Shown here piece after piece: positions 47,814 through 55,246 of a stretch of DNA of 64,000 nt (positions within the stretch are counted from its first letter, which is position 1; each line of letters begins with the position of its first letter). The stretch is from assembly GCA_937872685.1 (NCBI GenBank), contig CALMTS010000500.1, positions 11,560 to 75,559 of the forward strand, written 5' to 3'. The notes under the pieces are model-generated. The model searched no databases, was not told the DNA's origin, and saw only the letters and a list, made by a program, of their open reading frames with translations. This DNA comes from an uncultured Desulfomicrobium sp. Its GTDB lineage: Bacteria; Desulfobacterota; Desulfovibrionia; Desulfovibrionales; Desulfomicrobiaceae. The translations under genes were made by a program, and so were the position numbers.

Positions 47814-48679
47814 CCGGCTACGGCCGGGCCAGCGCTCAGGAAGACAATTGGACCCTGACCTGGGAGATCCGCAGCCTCAACAATCGCCACCTGGATCTCA
47901 AGTGGAAGATTCCCCCCACTCTCTACGCGCATCAGAAGCAGTGGGAGAACGAAGTGAAGGCCGTGGCCAATCGCGGCGGGGTGGAGCTGTTCCTGGGGCT
48001 GAAGATCAACAACCCCGAGTTGCAGTCCCTGACCCTGGATGCGACCATGGCCGCTTCCATGCTGCGCGAACTGGATGTCCTGGCCAGGTCTCTCGGCGTG
48101 CCGCACACTCCGGACCTGAACCGGCTCCTGGGCATATCCTCGTTGTGGAAGGACGCGGGGAGCATCGAGAATCCGGAGTTGATCAGCAGCCTGACCGAGA
48201 CCCTCACAAAGGCCCTGTCGGACTGGGACGCCGCGCGGGTCCGCGAGGGACTGGCCCTGGAGGAAGACCTGCGCGTCCGTTTCGCGCGGCTTGGTGAGCT
48301 GGTTTCCGAAATCCGTGAACTGGCGTCGCAGACCGCACCGGAGCGTTTCGCCCTGCTGCAGGAGCGTGTCGGCAAGATTCTGGCTGAGAGCGGCGTCCAG
48401 GTCGATCCGGACAGGATGTTGCAGGAACTGGCGGTCATCTCCGACCGTATCGACGTCTCCGAGGAACTGACCCGCCTGGAGATTCACCTGCGTGGCATCG
48501 ACACCTACTTCCGGCAGACCGAGCCCGTGGGCCGTAAGCTCGACTTCATGGTCCAGGAGTGTTTCCGCGAGATCAACACCTGTGGCAACAAGAGCCAGAA
48601 CACGGCCATCAGCCAACTGGTGGTGACCTTCAAGGCCGAACTGGAAAAGTGCCGAGAGCAGATCCAGAACCTGGAGTAG
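47798..48679 (+). CDS. yicC: YicC/YloC family endoribonuclease
   Basis: SMTGYG, EIRSLNNRHLD, DVSEELTRL, GRKLDF..QE..REINT..K. Confidence 0.9.
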   Translation: MLKSMTGYGRASAQEDNWTLTWEIRSLNNRHLDLKWKIPPTLYAHQKQWENEVKAVANRGGVELFLGLKINNPELQSLTLDATMAASMLRELDVLARSLGVPHTPDLNRLLGISSLWKDAGSIENPELISSLTETLTKALSDWDAARVREGLALEEDLRVRFARLGELVSEIRELASQTAPERFALLQERVGKILAESGVQVDPDRMLQELAVISDRIDVSEELTRLEIHLRGIDTYFRQTEPVGRKLDFMVQECFREINTCGNKSQNTAISQLVVTFKAELEKCREQIQNLE

Positions 48680-48682
48680 GGA

Positions 48683-48940
48683 ATGGAAAAGAAGAAGCTC
48701 CTCAACATCGGCTTCGGCAACGCCGTGGTCATGAACCGGGTGGTGGCCATCGTCGGTCCGACGTCCTCCCCCATGCGCCGTCTGCGGGAGGAGGCCAAAC
48801 AGGCCGGGCGGCTCATCGATGCGACCCAGGGGCGCAAGACGCGCTCCCTGATCATTACCGACTCCAACCACTGCATTCTCTCCGCAATCCAGCCCGAAAC
48901 CATCAGCCAGCGTTTCACCGCCGGAGGAAGTGATGAATAG
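48683..48940 (+). CDS. DUF370 / RemA family protein
   Basis: [28 protein letters not shown]. Confidence 0.88.
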   Translation: MEKKKLLNIGFGNAVVMNRVVAIVGPTSSPMRRLREEAKQAGRLIDATQGRKTRSLIITDSNHCILSAIQPETISQRFTAGGSDE

Positions 48941-49580
48941 CCGGATACAGCAGCACGGCGTGGCGAACGCGGGCATGATGCTCGTCATCAGCGCCCCTTC
49001 CGGGACAGGGAAGAGCACCCTCATCCGCCGGTTGACGGCCGAGTTCAAGGCCTTCGCCTTTTCCATATCCTGCACGACCCGCGCCCCCCGTCCCGGTGAA
49101 GCCGACGGACGGGAGTACCATTTCCTGACCCGCGAGGAGTTCGAGCGCAGAAGGGAGAGCGGCTATTTCGCCGAGTGGGCCGAGGTCTACGGGAATTTCT
49201 ATGGCACACCCCGCCAGGCCACGGTGGATCTTCTCAATGCGGGCCGCGACATCATCTTCGACATCGACGTGCAGGGTGCGCGGCAGCTGAAGGAGAACTT
49301 GGGCCAGGGTTGTTACGTGTTCGTCTTTCCCCCCTCCCGCGAGGCTCTGGAGCGGCGTCTGACCGGTCGGGGCACGGACTCCCCCGAAACCATCGCCCGG
49401 CGCCTGGCCGAAGCGCGGAAGGAGATATCGGACAGCCACTGGTTCGATTACTGGATCGTCAACGACGACCTTTCTCAAGCCTATGAGCAGCTGCGGTCGA
49501 TTTATCTGGCCGAGAAGGTGCGGCCCGCATATCAGCAGGCGTGGCGGGATGCGCTCAGCCGGCAATGGGGGGAGCGATGA
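48933..49580 (+). CDS. gmk: Guanylate kinase
   Basis: [37 protein letters not shown]. Confidence 0.95.
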   Translation: MNSRIQQHGVANAGMMLVISAPSGTGKSTLIRRLTAEFKAFAFSISCTTRAPRPGEADGREYHFLTREEFERRRESGYFAEWAEVYGNFYGTPRQATVDLLNAGRDIIFDIDVQGARQLKENLGQGCYVFVFPPSREALERRLTGRGTDSPETIARRLAEARKEISDSHWFDYWIVNDDLSQAYEQLRSIYLAEKVRPAYQQAWRDALSRQWGER

Positions 49581-50287
49581 AAAAGCCCGCCCTGGTCGTG
49601 GCCCTGGATTTCGCCCAGGCCGACCCCGCCCTGGAAATGGCCGCTCGCCTGCGGGGCGTGGTGCCGTGGGTCAAGGTTGGCCTTGAGCTGTATCTTCAGG
49701 CTGGATCAAGCCTGGTGGCTCGGCTCAAGAACATGGGCTTTTCCGTTTTTCTCGATCTCAAGTTCATGGACATCCCCAATACCGTGCAGGGCGCCGTCGC
49801 CCAGGCCACGCGCATGGGTGCGGACATGCTGACCATTCATGCCCTGGGCGGCCGAGCCATGGCCGAAGCCGCGGTGGAGGGCCGGGACAAGGCCCTTGCT
49901 CCCGGGCAGACGTCTCCCCTGATCCTCGGAGTGACCATTCTGACCAGCATGGGCCCCGCGGATCTGGCCTGGAATTCCGAAGGGACGGCCGAAGATCTGC
50001 GCCGTCTGGCCGTTCATCTCGCCCGCCAGACCCAAAACTGGAAACTGGATGGCGTGGTCTGTTCAGGCAGGGAAGTTTGTGATATACGTCAAGCATGTGG
50101 AGTGGATTTTCAGCTCCTGACTCCCGGCATCCGCCTTCCTGACGCGGATGCAGGTGACCAGACGCGTGTCTGTACTCCGGCCCAGGCTGCTCGCGACGGA
50201 AGCGATTTTCTCGTCGTGGGCCGGCCCATCACCAGGGCGGACGACCCGGTGCGAGCCGCACGGATGTATCGGGAGGCGACCGAGTAA
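49577..50287 (+). CDS. pyrF: Orotidine-5'-phosphate decarboxylase
   Basis: VALD, KVG, FLDLKFMDIPNT, TPGIR, DQ.R, VVGRPIT. Confidence 0.95.
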   Translation: MKKPALVVALDFAQADPALEMAARLRGVVPWVKVGLELYLQAGSSLVARLKNMGFSVFLDLKFMDIPNTVQGAVAQATRMGADMLTIHALGGRAMAEAAVEGRDKALAPGQTSPLILGVTILTSMGPADLAWNSEGTAEDLRRLAVHLARQTQNWKLDGVVCSGREVCDIRQACGVDFQLLTPGIRLPDADAGDQTRVCTPAQAARDGSDFLVVGRPITRADDPVRAARMYREATE

Positions 50288-50306
50288 ATTCTGCAGGGGG
50301 GCGTTC

Positions 50307-51092
50307 ATGGCGGAAACCGATGCGCAACGGGCCCGGATCAAAGGGGTCTTTTCTTGCGAGAGAATAGCCAAAGTCGGGGCGGGAGCGACGGTCCGCAAGA
50401 CCACGCAGACCATGTACTGGTTTGCCGATGAGGATGAAGAAGGCCGGATCTGGATTCAACCCCTGAACCCGAACTACGTCCCCTCGGGCCCCAAGCAGGA
50501 AATTCCCCGGGAGGAGTTTCTCGAAGGATACGATCCCGAGCCCGAATTCTATTCGACCAAGGTCTATCCGAGCATCCGCAAGCTCAACCAGACCATCGCC
50601 AAGGCCGAGCGGCACAGATCCAACGGGGAGACGTACAGCGCGGAGATGGAGTACGGGAACGCCCTGCGCGTGGACGAGGAGAACATCCGCGCCAACTTCG
50701 GTCTCGGACTGACCTATCTGGAGCGGGGGGAGACGGGCAAGGCCGACAACATCTTTCAGCGCCTGATCAAGATGGAAGCGACGTTCGAAGCCGAGCACAA
50801 GCATCTTTTCAATGATTTTGGCATCAACCTGCGCAAGAACGAGATGTACGACCAAGCCGTGGAGTACTACGCGAAGGCGCTGGAACTGTCGCCCAACGAC
50901 GAAAATCTGCATTACAACATGGCGAGGGCCTGTTTCGCCAGGTCCGACATCGAGAAAACGGTTGAGCACCTGCGCAAGGCGCTGACTCTCAACAAGGATC
51001 TTGAAATTGCGCAGAAGTTTCTTATCTATCTGAAGAAGAACAATTTGTTGCCGCAGAAACTCTCCGGCGCCGAATCCACGTCTTCCGAATGA
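50307..51092 (+). CDS. Tetratricopeptide repeat protein with uncharacterised N-terminal domain
   Basis: TPR-like units (NFGLGLTYL, FNDFGINLRK, DENLHYNMARA). Confidence 0.75.
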   Translation: MAETDAQRARIKGVFSCERIAKVGAGATVRKTTQTMYWFADEDEEGRIWIQPLNPNYVPSGPKQEIPREEFLEGYDPEPEFYSTKVYPSIRKLNQTIAKAERHRSNGETYSAEMEYGNALRVDEENIRANFGLGLTYLERGETGKADNIFQRLIKMEATFEAEHKHLFNDFGINLRKNEMYDQAVEYYAKALELSPNDENLHYNMARACFARSDIEKTVEHLRKALTLNKDLEIAQKFLIYLKKNNLLPQKLSGAESTSSE

Positions 51093-51114
51093 AACGAATG
51101 CGGCGGAGGCTGGC

Positions 51115-52125
51115 ATGACTCGAGGCAGCGCTGTGACCAGAAGTGACAACCGACGAAAAATTGAACGCTTTTCCATGAGCGTTCCCTCGAAAGTGAGCGC
51201 GATCATGCACGATCACTCCGACCAGGCACTGACCACCAAGGACATCTCCGCTGGAGGGGTCTTTTTTGAAACCGGAATGACCTACCCGGTGGGCACGTCC
51301 GTGACCCTGAATATATCCCTGGATTTCGGCAACAGGAAGAACGGCCTGTTCCAGTCCCGGTTCCAGGTCGAAGGGACGGTGATCCGCGCCGAGTCCAACG
51401 GCATGGCCATCGCCTTTGATCCCGGAAAGGTCACGGCCATCCGTGTGAACTCCGCCGGCAAGGCCGGCAAGACTGGGCCCGCGATGCTCGGCGTCGTGGG
51501 CGAGGACCCGCTGTTGAACGACCTCCTGGCCGCTCGTCTCAGCCAGGAAACCGGGGCGAGCTGCAGCCATTCTCCCTCGTTGCCGAAGATACTGGAAATG
51601 GTGAAGCCGGATCTGACCCTCCTCGATTGCACGGGTTTTTCCATGGCGGAACTCCTGCAGGAAGCGGGCGGTGAAAATTCCCCGTTCATGACCACCTCTG
51701 TGGCCCTCTTCAATGTGCCGGAAGACCGTTCGCTGGAGCTGGAAGCCCTCAATACCGGCATCCGGGGGGTCTTTTACCGCAACGCGTCCTTCAAGGTCAT
51801 GGTCAAGGGCGTCAAGGCCATGCTGGACAACGAACTCTGGTTTTCCAGAGAGGCCATGTCCGCTTTTCTGCTGGGCAAGCAGAACCGTCCAGTGGAGCCT
51901 GTGCCTGCGGAAGAGGATCTTGGCGAATTGAGCCAGCGCGAAAAGGAGATCCTGCTCATGCTGGCCGCCGGCGCGACCAACAAGGACATTGCGGAGCGGC
52001 TGTTTCTGAGTCTGAACACGATCAAGTCTCACATCTATAACATCTACAAGAAAATCGACGTGCCCAATCGTCTGCAGGCCTCCCTGTGGGCGGCCAAGCA
52101 CCTTCGGGAATCGGAAAACTCTTGA
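51115..52125 (+). CDS. PilZ + REC-like + LuxR HTH transcription regulator (VpsT/CsgD-like)
   Basis: RKIER and DISAGG (PilZ); GIRGVFY...ELWFSR; LSQREKEIL..GATNKDIA...TIKSH (LuxR). Confidence 0.82.
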   Translation: MTRGSAVTRSDNRRKIERFSMSVPSKVSAIMHDHSDQALTTKDISAGGVFFETGMTYPVGTSVTLNISLDFGNRKNGLFQSRFQVEGTVIRAESNGMAIAFDPGKVTAIRVNSAGKAGKTGPAMLGVVGEDPLLNDLLAARLSQETGASCSHSPSLPKILEMVKPDLTLLDCTGFSMAELLQEAGGENSPFMTTSVALFNVPEDRSLELEALNTGIRGVFYRNASFKVMVKGVKAMLDNELWFSREAMSAFLLGKQNRPVEPVPAEEDLGELSQREKEILLMLAAGATNKDIAERLFLSLNTIKSHIYNIYKKIDVPNRLQASLWAAKHLRESENS

Positions 52126-52210
52126 GTTTCCGCCGAACGTGTATCAAGGACCAACCCAATTCGAATCAACCCCCGGTTTTCCCGGTATTCAAGCCTACAG
52201 GTTTCCAATC

Positions 52211-52750
52211 ATGAAGATTTTGCCCGTGAACGAGCTGGACATCCAGCCGGAGTTCGATTTTTCCACGTTTCTTTTTCTGGCTCAGGTCGATGAAATCGGC
52301 CCGCAGGAAATGCTTTCCGTACTTGGCGTATGGGAGAAATGGCTGCCCAGCCTCAAGATTTATCAGCTTGGAGAGCGCAAGGGGTTCGTACTGGTCTATC
52401 TGGAGCAGGGCGTGGAGGATCAGGTCGATGAGATCTGGAAGGCGTCCCCGTCGGAAGGCTTCAAGCACGAGGCCATCGCCCAGACCATGATCATGGGCAC
52501 GCTCAAGGCGCTCATGCCCGAACTCGGGGAGAAGGAGTGCGCGCCTGTGCCCGAACCGACCAAGCCTCTGCGCCGGACCCTGGAAAAGATCGGCCTGGAT
52601 CTGCAGGAATCGGGCGCCCTGAACCGCAAGTACGCGACCATAACTCCCTACCCCCACCGTTACGGCTGCGAACGCTGCCACCTGAAGGACAGCTGCATCA
52701 AGAACATGAACCTGGACCTGAGCGGGATCATGAAGGGCAAGGCGGAATAA
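52211..52750 (+). CDS. Hypothetical protein with C-terminal CxxCxxxxxC; weak resemblance to stand-alone methionine-synthase activation-like proteins
   Basis: Good codon usage; CERCHLKDSC. Family resemblance from memory only. Confidence 0.45.
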   Translation: MKILPVNELDIQPEFDFSTFLFLAQVDEIGPQEMLSVLGVWEKWLPSLKIYQLGERKGFVLVYLEQGVEDQVDEIWKASPSEGFKHEAIAQTMIMGTLKALMPELGEKECAPVPEPTKPLRRTLEKIGLDLQESGALNRKYATITPYPHRYGCERCHLKDSCIKNMNLDLSGIMKGKAE

Positions 52751-52784
52751 CGCCGGGTATCATTCTCTCGGTCGAAAATGCGAA

Positions 52785-52814
52785 AGGGCGGAGCCGGTGA
52801 TGCGGCTCCGCCCT
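52785..52814. terminator. Hairpin between convergent genes, probable terminator
   Basis: 12-bp perfect stem AGGGCGGAGCCG/CGGCTCCGCCCT; T-tracts weak. Confidence 0.6.
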
Positions 52815-52915
52815 CGATGTTTCTCGTCTTTGCATGTCGCCTGCGCCGCAGTGAAGGCTGCGGCGCAGGCGGCTGGGCGCCATTCCGAAATCGGGTTGCC
52901 GGCTTGGCCGGGTCT

Positions 52916-54010
52916 TCAATCCCCGAAGGCCTGGGCCATGAGGTGCCGGTACAGCCCGCCCAACTCGTCGGGCGTGCGGCCGAGCACGGCCTGCCAGACT
53001 TCGTCGGACTCCATGCACAGGTAGAGCTGCCGGTCCAGTCCGCCGTTTTGCAGCTTTCCGGCCAGGAAGCGGAGCTGCTCCACGCGCAGCGGCCGCAGGA
53101 GCCTCTGCTTGCCGTCCACCCCGGTCACGAATTCCCCGTAAATGTAGGCTGATTGCGGGAAATTCTCGCTGATGCAGCGCTTGAGATCGGGCATGTGCCG
53201 GAACGATCCCATGCTGACATAGGCGATCTGGGATGGCCGCAAGTGATCGAAGATCATCTCCACGGTGCGCGCGTAGCCGTCCTGCCAGCCCGGGAAATGG
53301 ATGACCGGGTCGAAGTGCAGACAGACCCGGAATCCGGCCTGGGCGCAGGTCCTGGCGGCGATGAGACGCTCCTCCAGGCTCGCGCATTCCCCTTGCTCCT
53401 CCTGATCGACGATGAACGGCGCGTTCATGGACCAGGCCGGCAGGACGCGGGATGGGTCGCGCACCGCATCCATCCAGGAGAGGTCCACGACCTTGGATTT
53501 GAGTTCCAGGCAGACCTGGGGATAGCGCCCCAGGAAACCCACCAGATCCCGGCTGAAGCCCGTCAGGGCTTCAAGCACCAGGGAGTCGGTGAATTCGCCG
53601 GTCCCGACCCGGTAGCGCCGCCCCGGGTGGGCGGCGAAGGACTGGTCCAGCTCCGTCCACAGGTCGTCCTGGTTGGCCCAGACCTTGAGCACGCGATCCT
53701 GGAAATAGGCCTGCAGGATGCAGTAGGAGCAGCGCAAGGGACAGTTTTCACCGATGTGGATGATCTGGTAGCCGCAGCAGCGGTAGTGGCTGGTGCCTGG
53801 GCAATGGCGCAGGAAGCGGCCGCGGTATTTCTTGAGATAGAGGATGTCCTCGCGGGCCAGGCCCGGCGTCAGAGTCTGCCCTTCCGCCAGGATTTCCGGG
53901 TGCAGATGCGGGAGTTTTTCGCGCACGCGGCAGGCAATGGGCGTGTCGAGTACGGCCTCGTCGACCACGACCCTGCTGATGCCGTGCAGATGCGCAGGCA
54001 GGGCCGTCAT
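52916..54010 (-). CDS. Radical SAM protein, spore photoproduct lyase (SplB)-like
   Basis: CPLRCSYCILQ, LELKSK, WSMN, ASLEERL.AA, FDPVI..PGW..GY, colinear with SPL; ATGA overlap with the upstream gene. Confidence 0.85.
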   Translation of the reverse strand: MTALPAHLHGISRVVVDEAVLDTPIACRVREKLPHLHPEILAEGQTLTPGLAREDILYLKKYRGRFLRHCPGTSHYRCCGYQIIHIGENCPLRCSYCILQAYFQDRVLKVWANQDDLWTELDQSFAAHPGRRYRVGTGEFTDSLVLEALTGFSRDLVGFLGRYPQVCLELKSKVVDLSWMDAVRDPSRVLPAWSMNAPFIVDQEEQGECASLEERLIAARTCAQAGFRVCLHFDPVIHFPGWQDGYARTVEMIFDHLRPSQIAYVSMGSFRHMPDLKRCISENFPQSAYIYGEFVTGVDGKQRLLRPLRVEQLRFLAGKLQNGGLDRQLYLCMESDEVWQAVLGRTPDELGGLYRHLMAQAFGD

Positions 54011-54978
54011 GAGTCCTCCGCGGGGAACAGGGACGCCAGATCCTTCCGGGCCGCGATGAGCGTCAATTCGGTCGCCGCCGCACGGAGTTCCGCCGGGCTT
54101 TTCACGCGCACGGTCATTTCGACCGCGCCGCTCTCGAACTGGTCCGGCTGGACCATGCGCCAACGCGTTCCGGCCGAGGTTTTGCGGGCCGCCTCGGCGA
54201 AGTCCCGCTCCAGGGCCGACAGGCGCGGGAAGCGCCGCCGCCGCACCTCAAAGGCGATGCGGGTCATGACGTCCTTGGGCGAGAGTCCGGATTCCAGGAT
54301 TTCCCGCATGCCGCAATCTTCCAGGAGGGCGCCAGCGCCGATTCCGTCCCGCAGGCTGGTTTCCCGCAGCCAGGTCAGCAGGTTGACCGCATTGCCTCGC
54401 GACCAGGACAGGCTGTTGAAAAGGGGCTCGAGGCCGGGGAGTTCCTCACGGGGGAATCCGGCCAGCAGCTCCGCGCAGGCCAGGGGGACGTTGTTCAGCA
54501 GGAGGTCCCATTTTTTCGGCAGAGTCAGCCATGCATCGATAAGGCGCAGGCGCTTCGACCGGGGTTCAAGTCCCAGGCTTTCGAGCACGGGAGACATGTC
54601 CGCCGACGGGATGGACCGGAAATAGCGCATGGCAGCCACGACCTGCGCGTCGTTGAGTTCGCGGTCGATGTTGGACTGCATGTGCGCGAGGCCTCGCGCC
54701 ATCTCGTCCAGGGAGCCCAGGTCCAGGCACAGGACGTCCCTGCCGGCCGCAGCCAGAGCCGCCACCCGCGCCGCGCCCGCGATCAGGACGGGCGTCGGTC
54801 CGCTGGCGTCCACCAGCACCGGGACTAGTTGGCCGTGGCGCTCCAGGCTGCGGATGAGGGCGGGGGTGGGGGCGGATGACCAGAAGAGCCATGCGCCGGA
54901 CGTGTCGATATGCGTTGCCGGGCAGCGCAGGGTTCGGCTGTCTTCAGGCGCTGGCGAAGATGCGGCGGCCGTGCTCAT
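54007..54978 (-). CDS. ParB-like protein (ParB/Srx N-terminal domain, helical middle, ParB-like C-terminus)
   Basis: LIRSLERHGQLVPVLV, LIAGAARVAA (GxxR box), SNIDRELN. Confidence 0.7.
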   Translation of the reverse strand: MSTAAASSPAPEDSRTLRCPATHIDTSGAWLFWSSAPTPALIRSLERHGQLVPVLVDASGPTPVLIAGAARVAALAAAGRDVLCLDLGSLDEMARGLAHMQSNIDRELNDAQVVAAMRYFRSIPSADMSPVLESLGLEPRSKRLRLIDAWLTLPKKWDLLLNNVPLACAELLAGFPREELPGLEPLFNSLSWSRGNAVNLLTWLRETSLRDGIGAGALLEDCGMREILESGLSPKDVMTRIAFEVRRRRFPRLSALERDFAEAARKTSAGTRWRMVQPDQFESGAVEMTVRVKSPAELRAAATELTLIAARKDLASLFPAEDS

Positions 54979-55032
54979 GATTTTCTCTCAACAATTTTGA
55001 AGAATTATGCGTTGCTGAAAATTCAACTGCTC

Positions 55033-55062
55033 TTGACAACTTCCAAGACCCCTCCCTATACG
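55033..55062 (+). promoter_or_regulatory. Putative sigma70 promoter of the EF-G paralogue
   Basis: TTGACA-18-TATACG; implies a leader of about 180 nt. Confidence 0.5.
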
Positions 55063-55246
55063 GGTATTTCTTGAAAAAAGTTCAGGATAGCAAGAGGTTT
55101 GCAAGGTCTCCGGACAATGGAGCATGGGACCTTCAACCAATTTCTTCTCTTTTGCAAGCGAATTCCCGGCCTTCATTCAGACAGGCCGGGAAGGTCTTAT
55201 ACCCTGTAGCCGTATGGTTGCGTAATACTTTGCATAAGGGGGCTGT

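Noticed and set aside
55069-55086. CTTGAAAAAAGTTCAGG considered as a LexA box for the ParB/SPL-like operon
   Set aside because: Poor match to the deltaproteobacterial LexA motifs I recall; cannot be supported without a PWM.
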